Positions 1 through 9,552 of a DNA stretch of 64,000 bases are shown here, piece after piece. How positions within the stretch are numbered: the first letter of the stretch is position 1; every line of letters starts with the position of its first letter. The notes beneath the pieces are model-generated. The model saw only the letters and a list, made by a program, of their open reading frames with translations. It was not told the origin of the DNA and searched no databases. Source of the DNA: an uncultured Nitrospiraceae bacterium. Lineage in GTDB: Bacteria; Nitrospirota; Thermodesulfovibrionia; Thermodesulfovibrionales; Dissulfurispiraceae. Made by a program: the position numbers and the translations under genes. The stretch is from positions 362,949 to 426,948 of the forward strand of contig CAVPIW010000012.1 in NCBI GenBank assembly GCA_963705105.1, given 5' to 3'.

Positions 1-1344
1 TCGTCAAATGGGTTATCCTTCTGGGGCAGGCCCTTCTCGACACCCTTCGTCCATGCGTCGACGAGCGTGAGGGTTGTGGCGAGGGTCATGTTGTCGGCCT
101 CCTTGATCGTCGTCTCGAGCTTGGCAAAGTGTCCGTCGATCCAGTCTGGTGCTGTGGCAGTTTCCGCAGACCTTCGTGAAGGATTTGAACCGCCTGTCCT
201 GCTCGGCCTTGTCGATGAGGAAGTCCGACGCCGGCTCGTTGACGAAGGTCGTCGGCAGTGGCAGCCCGTCCTTGTTCTTGATGATCGTCGTGTCGCCCGA
301 CTTCGGCTGCGGATGGCTGTAGACGAGGCCGAAGAGCCTCACCCAGAGCCGGGCCCCGAAGTCATGGTTCCTCTCGGCGACGACTGTGCCGTCGGGGGTG
401 ACGAGGAGGCTGTTGTGGCAGGTGGCGCAGGTGGGCGCCGTGAAGTCCTTGCCGATCGTCCAGGGGACGGCGTTGAACTCCCACTCCTTCTCCTTGGAGA
501 AGTAGATGTTCCCGTGCTTGCTCTCCTTGTAGACGTTCCAGCCAGGGACGTCCGGCTCAAGGTGGCACTGCGCGCAGGTGTATGGTTTCCGTGCGATCTC
601 GATGGAGAAGGAATGGCGGGGATGGCAGATGGTGCAGGCGCCCATCGTGCCGTCGGGATTGAGCCGGCCCGTGCCCTGGTTCGGCCAGTTCGTCAGATCG
701 GGGACTTTGACATCGCCCATCGTGGTGGCGACGGTCTTCGTACCGGCGACCTGGACATCCGTCCCATGGCAGGAGAGGCAGGTCTCGCGGAGGGTGTTGT
801 CCGTCGGCTTTTCAACGACCACTTTGCCGTCCTTGATCTTCTTCAGCCCCGTCACCGTAGAGACGAGGGTGTGGTAGACGGGGTTCTTCATGATGTTCGC
901 ATAGGCGTTCGCCTTCTTGCTGCCGGCGTATTCCTTCACTTCCTGGGGATGGCAGGTGCTGCAGTCGTTGGGGCTCATGACGATGCTGATCTTGAAGCCC
1001 ATGTGGTCGAAGCTGTCCTTGTGCTTGTCCGCATTGAGACTGTGGCACTCATAGCACCCCACATTGACTCCCGCCAGTTCGCTTTTGACGCTGGCCGCGG
1101 AGACCCTCTTCTCGAGTGTCGCCTTCTTAAGCGCCTCGCCGGGGGTTGTCATGGCATGCCTGCTCGTCATCCAGTCCTTGACGATGCCCGGCGTATAGAT
1201 CTTGTGGCAGGCTATGCAGCTTTGCGTCTGGGAGCTGAGGTTTTCGCCCGCCTTCCCTTCGTGCTGCTTCGAAAGAACGATTGTTGAGGACAGAAGGAGC
1301 ATCGCCAGCGCGATGACCACGGGTAGCCCGTACCTTCTCTTCAT
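1..1344 (-). CDS. Octaheme cytochrome c, hydroxylamine oxidoreductase-like; apparent +1 frameshift near 147; runs off the window start
   Basis: Signal peptide; 8 CxxCH motifs (CIACH, CYECH, CSTCH, CLSCH, CTICH, CAQCH, CATCH, CGNCH); GAAAGGAG RBS before ATG 1344. Removing one base after CGNCHST gives an open frame DWIDGHFAKLETTIKEADNMTL...DNPFD to the window edge. Confidence 0.85.
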
Positions 1345-1433
1345 TGTTGTCACTCCTTTCTCGGGTATCGGTCCTCCGGAGAGGGCCGTGTTGTGTTCCC
1401 CGCTACCTTTTCCCCTTCTTAATAAACCTTTCG

Positions 1434-1606
1434 GTTACATGCAAAGCAGGGCGAAGCACTCTGAAAACAGTGTCAGTGTCGGAAAAGATGTCCAGTTCTC
1501 CTGACATCGGCTTATGCCTCGTCTTCCGTAACGATACAGGTGTCGCCGCAGGAAGGTTTTCAGAGCATACACCCCGCCTTTCGGTCAGGCCTATGCAACG
1601 CGATAA
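1434..1606. repeat. Family A MITE/REPIN-like intergenic element (hexamer subtype)
   Basis: Near-identical to 32990-33175 and 61424-61616 (ggaaaagatgtcc...gatacaggtgtcgccgcag...ccccgcctttc). Confidence 0.85.
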
Positions 1607-1682
1607 AGCAAACAATCAGTCCCGGCATAAGGCAGAGCGAAGCGCCTCATCTTCGCCCCGCCTTTCGCCGGGTTACCAATGA

Positions 1683-2177
1683 TTAATCGATCTTCTTGAA
1701 TGCATGCTTCCTGGCGCCGCAGACCGGGCATGCATCGGGCGCCTCGTTTTCGACTGTAAAACCGCAGATCGGGCAGACATAGATGTCCGTCTCCTTTACG
1801 CTGTCGAGGGTGTCGAGGTATTTCTGGTAGAGCGCCGCATGGATTTTTTCGACCTCATTGGCATACGTGAAGGTCCTGACGGCGCCCTTGTTCCCCTCGG
1901 CCTCGGCTTCCTTGATCATGTCGGGGTACATGCTCTTGAACTCATGGGTCTCGCCCGCCACCGCTTCGGCGAGGTTCTCTTTCGTTTTCCTGATACCGCC
2001 CAGTTCGCGCAAATGATTGTGGGCGTGGATCGTTTCAGCCTCGGCAGCGGCCCTGAAGAGCTTCGCCACCTGTTTGTACCCTTCCTTGTCCGCCATGGCG
2101 GCGAAGGCGAGGTACTTCCTGTTCGCCTGAGATTCTCCTGCAAACGCCTCCTTGAGATTCTTTTCCGATTTCGTCAT
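1683..2177 (-). CDS. rbr: Rubrerythrin
   Basis: NLKEAFAGESQANRKY, ETIH and EKIH diiron motifs; C-terminal CPICG...CPVCG rubredoxin-like site. Confidence 0.92.
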   Translation of the reverse strand: MTKSEKNLKEAFAGESQANRKYLAFAAMADKEGYKQVAKLFRAAAEAETIHAHNHLRELGGIRKTKENLAEAVAGETHEFKSMYPDMIKEAEAEGNKGAVRTFTYANEVEKIHAALYQKYLDTLDSVKETDIYVCPICGFTVENEAPDACPVCGARKHAFKKID

Positions 2178-2231
2178 AGGTTCTCCTCCTTGCTGTTCGG
2201 GATCTATCGGTGGGCGGACTGTCTGTCCGCA

Positions 2232-3446
2232 TTAAATTGTTTCGTCATAGGCTTTGACCTTCTGCGCGAAGGCCTTTCCGTACTCGTAACACGCCGTTTC
2301 GTCCTCGACAGAGGGTTTGTAGAGGATCTGGAGACCCGGCTCACAGAGCTCGAGACCCATTTTCCTGAACTCCTCGTATATATCCTTGACGGCGCCGCCG
2401 CTCCAGCCGTAACTTCCGAAAGCGCCGACAATCCTCTTCTTCGGCCGTAAGCCGCGGAGCTGCGACAGGAACTGGGCTATCGTCGGGTACATGATGTTGT
2501 TGAGTGTCGGCGATCCGATGAGGGTGCCCCGTGACCTCCAGAATTCCTTGATGGCGACGCTCATCGGCGTCGATCTCAGCTTGATGACCTTGCATTCGAC
2601 GCCCTCGTCCTTGATGCCCTGCATCAGCGGCGTCGTCATCTGCTCGGTGCTGTGCCACATGGTGTCGTAGATGATCGAGACGGCCAGCCTCGCTTTGTTG
2701 TCAGCCATATCGAGGTACATCTGGAGCACCTTCCCGGGATTCTGCCTCCATATGATGCCGTGATCAGGGGCGATGATGTCGATCTCGAGGCCGAGCTTCT
2801 GGATCTCGGCGATCTTGTTCTTGATGAGCTGCCCGAAGGGCATGAGGATGTTTGCGTAATAATCGACGACGGAGTCTTCGAGCTCGGACATGGTTTCACA
2901 GGTCAGGAACTCGTCGTCGAACCTCATGGCCGACGCGATGTGCTGGCCGAAGGCGTCCTGGCTGATAAGGACCTTGTCCTCTTTGATGTATGTCACCATG
3001 GAGTCCGGCCAGTGCAGCATCGGCGTTTCGAGGAAGAGCAGGGTGCGCTTCCCGATCGAGAGCGTGTCGCCGCTCTTGACGGTCTTGACGGTCCACTTCG
3101 ACATGTCGAAAAACCGTTCAAGGCCTTTCTTGCCCCTTTCTGTGATATAGATCGTCGCCTGGGGTGTGTACTCCATGATCTTGTCGATGCTCGTGGCGTG
3201 GTCGTTTTCGATGTGGTTGATGATGATGTTCTTGATCTTCGCAGGATCGACGAGTCCCTTGATGTTCTTTATGGTAATGTCGGCGAAGTCATGTTTGACC
3301 GTGTCGATGAGTGTGATATCGTCGTCGAGGATGAGATAGTTGTTATAGGTCGATCCCCGCGGCGTGATGTAGCCGTGAAAATCCCTGATGGCCCAGTCGA
3401 TGGCACCGACCCAGTAGATGCCGTTCCTTACCTCAACTGCCTTCAT
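2232..3446 (-). CDS. fprA: Flavodiiron protein (FprA, A-type flavoprotein)
   Basis: GSTYNNY, NHIENDH, HWPD, QDAFGQH and PDHG metallo-beta-lactamase motifs; flavodoxin domain (YDTMWHST, GSPT, FGSYGWSG). Confidence 0.93.
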   Translation of the reverse strand: MKAVEVRNGIYWVGAIDWAIRDFHGYITPRGSTYNNYLILDDDITLIDTVKHDFADITIKNIKGLVDPAKIKNIIINHIENDHATSIDKIMEYTPQATIYITERGKKGLERFFDMSKWTVKTVKSGDTLSIGKRTLLFLETPMLHWPDSMVTYIKEDKVLISQDAFGQHIASAMRFDDEFLTCETMSELEDSVVDYYANILMPFGQLIKNKIAEIQKLGLEIDIIAPDHGIIWRQNPGKVLQMYLDMADNKARLAVSIIYDTMWHSTEQMTTPLMQGIKDEGVECKVIKLRSTPMSVAIKEFWRSRGTLIGSPTLNNIMYPTIAQFLSQLRGLRPKKRIVGAFGSYGWSGGAVKDIYEEFRKMGLELCEPGLQILYKPSVEDETACYEYGKAFAQKVKAYDETI

Positions 3447-3508
3447 AGAGCCTCCTTTGCGTCTATATTATTAACGTGGCAACCAAACAGATGAATCATC
3501 CTAAGCTT

Positions 3509-3582
3509 TGTCATTCCGGCTTGTCCGGAATCCTTCTGATTTTCACAAGGATTGCCGACGCGCTCCGCTTGCGGCAATGACG
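3509..3582. repeat. TGTC-tagged REP-like palindrome doublet (empty copy)
   Basis: tgtcattccggcttgtccggaatcc ... ggattgccg...cggcaatgac; related copies at 40202, 48502 and 49976/50311. Confidence 0.85.
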
Positions 3583-3847
3583 GCTTTACAAATATTTATT
3601 TGCCGGGTTGTAGATTAACCTTTCAGTTTTTCCGATCGCTTATGCCATAGATTCAGGTGCAGATGAATCTCAGTGAGCAACATAGTATGCCCGCTCACAG
3701 ACGAAGGCCACAGGCCGGACGAAAGGGATCGTTGCGGCACACCCTCTATCCTCCCCCTGTGGCCTTGCGAACGGGTTATCCCGCGAAACGGAATCTATGA
3801 GTCGCCGTGCCGACGGATGTCGCGCACCGGCCGGGTTCTCCAGCCCT

Positions 3848-3982
3848 TTACGAGCAGGTGAATCCCTCTCCGACAAGCGCCATCGGCTGACCGCAGCAGA
3901 CGAGCACACCGGCGGCGGCCGTTGACACGACAACCTCGTTCCCGCAAACATTGCATTTGTACTTCTGTCCCTTCTTTGTCAT
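3848..3982 (-). CDS. Desulforedoxin-like Fe(Cys)4 protein, 44 aa (not in ORF track)
   Basis: My translation MTKKGQKYKCNVCGNEVVVSTAAAGVLVCCGQPMALVGEGFTCS has CxxC...CCGQPM; AAGGAGG RBS upstream. Confidence 0.9.
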   Translation of the reverse strand: MTKKGQKYKCNVCGNEVVVSTAAAGVLVCCGQPMALVGEGFTCS

Positions 3983-4012
3983 GACTGATTCCTCCTTTTA
4001 TTGTGTTTTGGT

Positions 4013-4492
4013 TTAGCCGACTTTTTCGAATGCGTCCTTCGTCGCCTTGCAGACGGGGCATCGCCAGTCATCAGGAAGCGACTCAAAGGGCGTCTGTTCG
4101 ATCTGTTCCTTGTACAGCCACTTGCAGGCGGAGCAGCGCCAGAGGCCGCCATCCTCACGCGCGCCGGTTTTCGAGACGACCTCCCATCCGCGCTCGATCC
4201 ATTCCTCGAGACGGGGAGGGTAGAATCCGGAGAAGATCGTCTTGTCGCGGGCGTCCTCCATCTGGACCTCGACTGTATAGTCGCCCTTCTTTACCGTATA
4301 TCCCCAGGTGAATGCATCCTTCGTATCGGGGGCGGTCGTCTTGCCCGTATATTGAATCGTCGTGCCCCTGCTCTTGACCTTCGACCAGCTGTGGCAGCAG
4401 GCGAGTATGGATGTGCAGCCGCATTTGGCCCCCTTCACCTCGAGCCCGTCGACACTGAACCCTCCGGGCACCTTTTCAACAGTGATTTCCAT
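4013..4492 (-). CDS. Rubredoxin-domain protein with Cys-rich N-terminal domain
   Basis: C-terminal [10 protein letters not shown]...[14 protein letters not shown]-terminal CGC-x5-CC motif. Confidence 0.82.
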   Translation of the reverse strand: MEITVEKVPGGFSVDGLEVKGAKCGCTSILACCHSWSKVKSRGTTIQYTGKTTAPDTKDAFTWGYTVKKGDYTVEVQMEDARDKTIFSGFYPPRLEEWIERGWEVVSKTGAREDGGLWRCSACKWLYKEQIEQTPFESLPDDWRCPVCKATKDAFEKVG

Positions 4493-4498
4493 GTTTTT

Positions 4499-4915
4499 CT
4501 ATTCCTCCAGCAGTGTGGAGAATGAAGCGTGGTGCTCTTCCTCTTCTGCGAGAATGCCCTCGAAGAGCCTCTTCGTCACGATGTCCTTTTCCTTCTCCGC
4601 AAGGGCGATGATCTCGCGGTAAAGTATGATCGCGTCCTCCTCGGCCTTCTTGTCCGCCTCGATCATTTCCTTCATGCTGTTGCCGACAAAAATCGGCGTC
4701 GGCTTTGTCGTCGGGACGCCGCCCAGATAGTCGAGCCGCTCGGCGATCTCCTCGGCGTGCTTCATCTCGGTGATGGCGAATCTCTTGAAGATGCCGCCGA
4801 CAGTCTCGGCGTGGAGTCCCTTGACCTGCACGTGCTGCCACATGTACTGAACGCTCACCTGGATCTCCCTCGCGATGGCATCGTTCAGCTTGTCGAGTAA
4901 TTTCTTGCTTGCCAT
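4499..4915 (-). CDS. Ferritin-like (bacterioferritin-type) diiron protein
   Basis: AIAREIQVSVQY, EMKHAE, AEEDAI and EEEEH ferroxidase ligand pattern; GAGGAGG RBS. Confidence 0.88.
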   Translation of the reverse strand: MASKKLLDKLNDAIAREIQVSVQYMWQHVQVKGLHAETVGGIFKRFAITEMKHAEEIAERLDYLGGVPTTKPTPIFVGNSMKEMIEADKKAEEDAIILYREIIALAEKEKDIVTKRLFEGILAEEEEHHASFSTLLEE

Positions 4916-4972
4916 GAATGCCTCCTCTGCATAAAAACCTGCGTCGGTCTCAAATCAAAATTTGCACGTACC

Positions 4973-5001
4973 ATGATAATACACTGTGCAGACCCTGTCA
5001 A
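4973..5001 (-). promoter_or_regulatory. Sigma70-type promoter for the ferritin-like gene
   Basis: Minus strand TTGACA-N17-TATCAT about 60 nt upstream of ATG 4915. Confidence 0.6.
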
Positions 5002-5151
5002 CAATAACAATTCCCTGTCTGAAGGGTCTCGCATGTCGTCAATGTACCCTTTCGGTTGCAAGAAAAGGCTGCGCATTCACCCCAGCCCCACCTTTTCGGA
5101 AGGCCTATGCGATGATAAGACATACGTAGCGGGCGGCCTTGCAGACCGGGA

Positions 5152-5256
5152 TCAGGCCTTTGCCATCGTCCCCTTTTCACCGCAACTCGGACATTTCTGG
5201 GGCTTGCACCTGCCCTCTTTCGTCGCTCCGCATTTACTGCAGGTAAAAACCGCCAT
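5152..5256 (-). CDS. RCKP-type rubredoxin-like mini-protein, 34 aa (not in ORF track)
   Basis: My translation MAVFTCSKCGATKEGRCKPQKCPSCGEKGTMAKA has two CxxC plus RCKP; AAGGAGGTG RBS. Confidence 0.88.
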   Translation of the reverse strand: MAVFTCSKCGATKEGRCKPQKCPSCGEKGTMAKA

Positions 5257-5306
5257 CTCCGATCACCTCCTTGGCGTTGTGTGAATGATTCTTCCTGCGA
5301 AAGCAC

Positions 5307-5708
5307 TCACCCTTTATCCTTGCAGGAGGGGCAAATGCCGTAAAACTCTATATGACTCCCAATTATATCAAAATCACCCCGCTCGGTGGGGGGAAGATGC
5401 ACCTTGTATTCGACATTGACATCGACGATCTTCCGGCAGCGTGTGCAGATGAGATGCTGATGATCGGCCGTATCGGGATCGAACCTTTTTTTGCGGGGAT
5501 CGATGTGCACTTCCCTCACCTGTCCCCGCTCCTTCAGGAGTTCGAGCGTGTTGTAGACCGTGGCGAGGGAGAGCGAAGGATAGGTGCGCACGATCGTCCT
5601 GTGGATGTCCTCCGCTGAGGGGTGGTCCTTGTTTCCTTCCAGATAGGCCAGGATCGCCATCCTCTGGGGTGTAAGCTTCAGCTTTCTGTTCTTGAGTACC
5701 TGTTGCAT
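5307..5708 (-). CDS. perR: Fur-family regulator, PerR-like
   Basis: TPQR, HPSAED, SLATVYNTL, HQHLIC-xx-C and C-terminal CPSC; heads a peroxide-defence cluster. Confidence 0.85.
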   Translation of the reverse strand: MQQVLKNRKLKLTPQRMAILAYLEGNKDHPSAEDIHRTIVRTYPSLSLATVYNTLELLKERGQVREVHIDPRKKRFDPDTADHQHLICTRCRKIVDVNVEYKVHLPPTERGDFDIIGSHIEFYGICPSCKDKG

Positions 5709-5709
5709 C

Positions 5710-5769
5710 TTATAAATTATAAATATTCCAATTTAAGAAACATTATCAAATTAGAATCTTTCTTGTCAA
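5710..5769 (-). promoter_or_regulatory. Promoter with overlapping Fur/Per-box-like AT-rich palindromes
   Basis: Minus strand TTGACA-N16-GATAAT; TTATAA-A-TTATAA dyad at 5710-5722 directly before the ATG. Confidence 0.5.
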
Positions 5770-5982
5770 GTCCATTCCCCTCGTGTGTGAGTGCAAGTGA
5801 TGATCGGGGAACCCTGTTGTTGCGATAGGACCTCGGGAAAGGCGGGGCACTTTGTCCCGCCTTTTTATTACGACTGAACGGAGAATTCATGTGTCTCAGA
5901 TCGTGTCAGACTCGCATTCTCACATTCGCACTCACCTTCGCACTTACACTGACACTATGCACGGTTCATGGTACACTAATAC

Positions 5983-7509
5983 ATGGCTCAAAGGGATGGG
6001 CATAAGGTCCTTATCCGGGGCGTCAACTGGATCGGCGATGCCGTGATGACCATTCCCGCCCTCAGGGCGGTGAGGGCCAATTTCCCCGGATCATCGATAT
6101 CACTTCTCGTGAGGCCCTCGGTGGCCCCGCTCTTTGATCGTGAACCTGCCGTCGACGAGATTATTCAGTACGGACACGAGTTCAGGGGAGTCAGCGGCAG
6201 GATGAAACTGGCGTCTACCTTGCGGGCGAAAGGGTTCACGACGGCTATTCTTTTTCAGAACGCCTTTGACGCCGCTCTTCTCGTTTCACTGGCCGGGGTC
6301 CCCGAGCGGATCGGATACAACAGGGACGGCAGGGGCATTCTGCTGACGAAGGCCGTTTCTTTCCGCGGCGAGGACCGGAAGCTGCACCACATCGATTACT
6401 ATCTCAATCTGCTCGACAAGGCAGGCTATACATCCGAGAGGTCGAGACCATGGCTTCGCCTCACCCTTGAAGAGAGACTGGCCGCGCGGGAGACACTCAG
6501 CACGATGTCCAGGCCCATTCTCGGCATCAATCCCGGCGCCGCCTTCGGATCGGCCAAGCGGTGGGTTCTCGAGCGGTTTGCAGAGGTCGCCCGGTCGTTC
6601 ACGGAAGAGACCGGGGGAAGCGTCGCGGTCTTTGGTGGAAAGGATGAAGCTGCCACGGCGCGGTATGTTCAGGCGCTCATTCCTCACCGGTCACGGAGCT
6701 TCGCGGGAAGGACGTCTCTCAGGGAGCTCGTCGCCCTAATTGCCGAATGCGACGTCGTTGTATCGAACGACTCCGGCCCCATGCACATCGCCTATGCCGT
6801 CGGTACCCCCGTTGTCGCGATCTTCGGATCGACGGACCCGAAACTGACAGGCCCCGCCGGAGAAGGGAGCACCGTCGTTCAATCCGGGGTCCCCTGCAGC
6901 CCCTGCTTTGAGCGGACCTGCAGGGAGAAGCACCTGGCATGCATGGATGGCATCTCGGCTGATGCCGTTTTTGAAGCTGTGCGGACCCTGACACCGCGCA
7001 GGAGGGCCGTCTTTTTCGACCGCGACGGCACGCTTTGCAGGGACGCTGACTACCTGAACAGATGGGAGGATTTTTCGGTCTTCCCTGAAATCGAAGCACT
7101 CGATGCCCTGAAGACAGCCGGTTTTTCCCTCGTCGGCGTGTCGAACCAGTCCGGCATCGGGCGGGGCATCGTCGATGAGTCCTTTGCCAGGGACGTCAAC
7201 AGGGTATTCATCGAGCGCTACGGGTTCGACGATTTCCTGTATTGTCCCCACAGGCCGGAGGAACTATGTTTTTGCAGAAAGCCCGAGCCGGCGATGCTGA
7301 TCGAGGCGAAGGAGAGGTTGAGCATCGATCTCAGAAAATCCTACGTCGTCGGCGACAAGGATGACGACATGCTCCTCGCCAGGGCCGTCGGGGCCAGGGG
7401 GATTCTTGTCACCACGGGAAAGCTTCGCGAGTCCGTCCATGCCGATCACATCGCGCGGGACCTCAGGGAAGCAGTACGGATTATCCTCGGAGACAGCGAT
7501 GAGCGCTGA
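5983..7509 (+). CDS. waaF: LPS heptosyltransferase II fused to heptose-1,7-bisphosphate phosphatase (WaaF-GmhB)
   Basis: GT9 motifs NWIGDAVM, INPGAAFGSAKRW, SNDSGPMH, then HAD domain FFDRDGTL, SNQSG, CPH...CFCRKP, GDKDDD. Confidence 0.9.
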   Translation: MAQRDGHKVLIRGVNWIGDAVMTIPALRAVRANFPGSSISLLVRPSVAPLFDREPAVDEIIQYGHEFRGVSGRMKLASTLRAKGFTTAILFQNAFDAALLVSLAGVPERIGYNRDGRGILLTKAVSFRGEDRKLHHIDYYLNLLDKAGYTSERSRPWLRLTLEERLAARETLSTMSRPILGINPGAAFGSAKRWVLERFAEVARSFTEETGGSVAVFGGKDEAATARYVQALIPHRSRSFAGRTSLRELVALIAECDVVVSNDSGPMHIAYAVGTPVVAIFGSTDPKLTGPAGEGSTVVQSGVPCSPCFERTCREKHLACMDGISADAVFEAVRTLTPRRRAVFFDRDGTLCRDADYLNRWEDFSVFPEIEALDALKTAGFSLVGVSNQSGIGRGIVDESFARDVNRVFIERYGFDDFLYCPHRPEELCFCRKPEPAMLIEAKERLSIDLRKSYVVGDKDDDMLLARAVGARGILVTTGKLRESVHADHIARDLREAVRIILGDSDER

Positions 7510-8539
7510 GTCACGGTACATAAGGATGCCGGTGCCCCAGAAGATCCTCATCATCAAGCCGAGCTCCCTCGGAGACGTGGTCCACGGCCTGCCCTTTCTT
7601 GCGGCGATGAGAGATCTGTACCCGAAGGCCGAAATTCACTGGCTGATCGCCGCGGGGCTCGACGGCTTGCTCCTCAGTCATCCTATGGTGAACAGGCTCT
7701 GGGTCGTCAACAAGGACCGGTGGAAACGCGCGCGCAACGCCCCGGAAACGGTCGCCGAGATGGCCCAGTTGGCCCGGGACCTGCGGAACGAGGCTTTCGA
7801 CATGGTCGTCGACCTCCAGGGACTTCTGAGGAGCGGGCTGATGACGTTCAGCACCGGCGCGCCGATCAGGATCGGTTTCCGCGAGGCCCGGGAGGGGAGC
7901 GCCCTCTTCTATACCCATAAAATCGGGAGCGGCAGGGATGTGCACGCCGTGGACCGCTTGATGACGATCGCGGCGGCCCTCGGATACTACGGTGACGAGA
8001 TCACTTTTCCTCTGCCGCTCGTCAAGGAACCTGAAGAAATGCGTGCACTGAAGGATGACATGGGAGACTATGCCGTGATCATACCCGGCGCCCGCTGGAA
8101 AACGAAGCAATGGCCTGCCGACCGGTTCGGGAGACTGGCGGCGCTCCTGCCGGAACGGAGTATCGTCGTCGGGAGCAAGGCCGATGCAGACATCGCCGAC
8201 ACGGTTGTGGCGCACTCCGGCGGGAAAGCTGTCTCCATGGCCGGGAAGACGGACCTCAGGGAGTTGATCTGCCTCATAAGGGGTGCACGGTACGCCGTGA
8301 GCAACGATTCGGGGCCCATGCACATCGCGGCGGCCGTCGGAAAACCGGTCGTTGCCGTCTTCGGTCCCACGAACCCTGTCAGGACCGGACCCTACGGCAG
8401 AGGACACCGCGTCGTCCAGGCGACCCTCTCCTGTGGTCCCTGTTACAAGAAGACGTGCCGGGACCTGCGCTGCATGGAGGCTGTCTCTGTCGAGCAGGTC
8501 TATGAGGCGGTCAGGGATGTTACCCCTGCAATTGCATGA
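7499..8539 (+). CDS. LPS heptosyltransferase (GT9, WaaC/WaaF family)
   Basis: KPSSLGDVVH, DLQGLLRS, PGARWKTKQW, NDSGPMH; start 7499 or 7526. Confidence 0.88.
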   Translation: MSAESRYIRMPVPQKILIIKPSSLGDVVHGLPFLAAMRDLYPKAEIHWLIAAGLDGLLLSHPMVNRLWVVNKDRWKRARNAPETVAEMAQLARDLRNEAFDMVVDLQGLLRSGLMTFSTGAPIRIGFREAREGSALFYTHKIGSGRDVHAVDRLMTIAAALGYYGDEITFPLPLVKEPEEMRALKDDMGDYAVIIPGARWKTKQWPADRFGRLAALLPERSIVVGSKADADIADTVVAHSGGKAVSMAGKTDLRELICLIRGARYAVSNDSGPMHIAAAVGKPVVAVFGPTNPVRTGPYGRGHRVVQATLSCGPCYKKTCRDLRCMEAVSVEQVYEAVRDVTPAIA

Positions 8540-8588
8540 AAAGGCGGGACAAAGTGCCTCAAGGCCTTGCTGACAGCGATCCTCCCTC

Positions 8589-8757
8589 TGGGAAGGCAGA
8601 TATGGTTCAAAGCCTTTCCAATGCGATGATGAGACATTATAAAGTGTTCAGCGCCTGTCGCCTGACGGGCATTTGGGATCGATAGACACGGCAAAGGGTG
8701 GTCTGGGGACGAGTAAGGTATCTTAGCGGAAAGGCTTTTCACCACATCAGCCTTCCC
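8589..8757. repeat. Family B ~170-bp element with 12-bp terminal inverted repeats
   Basis: Begins gggaaggcagat, ends atcagccttccc; inverted copy at 51421-51588. Confidence 0.85.
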
Positions 8758-8884
8758 GTCGGGGTATGTCTGGTTTCTGTCTGTTGGCTACTGTGTGCTG
8801 TCTACTGTATATTTTGCAGGGCATCTTCGCCCCGACTTTCAGGAAGCTCTACCGTATAGATAAGGCAAACGAGGAGGAGGAACG

Positions 8885-9319
8885 ATGAAATATCAGGTTG
8901 GAGAGACGGGACGAGTGGTCGTCTCGCGTTTTGAGGACGGGGAGAACGTGCTTCAGGGTCTCATCGACATCGCGAAGAAGGAAAACATACGGGCCGGCGT
9001 CGTCTACCTCGTCGGCGGGCTCAAGGGCGGGCGGTTCGTCGTCGGGCCCGAGAAGGAGCAGATGCCTCCCGTTCCGGTCTGGCGGGAGCTGAAGGAGAGC
9101 CACGAGATCCTCGGCTTCGGAACGATCTTCTGGCAGGGAGAAGAGCCGAAGGTCCACTTCCACGGGGCATACGGCAAACGTGACGAGGTGAGGGTGGGCT
9201 GCCTGCGGGAGGCGTCGGAGACCTTTCTCGTCCTCGAAGCCGTTATCGTCGAGATGAAGGGGATAACGGCCGTGCGGGAGCTCGATCCCGTCTCGGGACT
9301 CGTGCTGCTGAAGCTCTGA
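8885..9319 (+). CDS. PPC/DUF296 domain protein
   Basis: EILGFGTI...KVHFHG...GCL pattern; GAGGAGGA RBS. Confidence 0.8.
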   Translation: MKYQVGETGRVVVSRFEDGENVLQGLIDIAKKENIRAGVVYLVGGLKGGRFVVGPEKEQMPPVPVWRELKESHEILGFGTIFWQGEEPKVHFHGAYGKRDEVRVGCLREASETFLVLEAVIVEMKGITAVRELDPVSGLVLLKL

Positions 9320-9552
9320 ATGGCCCAAAAAGTGTGAGTGTGAGTCATTGGTGTCCAAAATAACGTGACACGTGGATAGGGCATCCCTATCCACGCCTTC
9401 AAGGTCTCGCTGCGAGTTGTTTTAGTCACCTCTAAGTGTGAGTGGAAGGAATCATTGTCACGGGTCTTTTGCAACATCCGGGGTTATTTGATAACATACA
9501 TCGTTTCTGATTTGTCTGCCCGCTGTTGACTGCAAAGTCGACAGCTTTTCCT

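Noticed and set aside
67..1287. Long plus-strand ORFs antisense to real genes (also 31845, 36665, 41022, 53413)
   Set aside because: Typical GC-rich antisense shadows without recognisable motifs.
4998..5306. 102-aa ORF here and the 88/93-aa ORFs at 3670-4061
   Set aside because: Off-frame shadows of the real 34-aa and 44-aa Cys-motif genes, which have proper RBSs.
8500..8745. Small ORFs shared between loci (VKSLSAKIPYSSPDHP at 8500/51394; ERRGVCAENLAAA at 1403, 10984, 16085, 26305, 61400)
   Set aside because: They are translations of repeat families A and B with inconsistent starts, frames and lengths.
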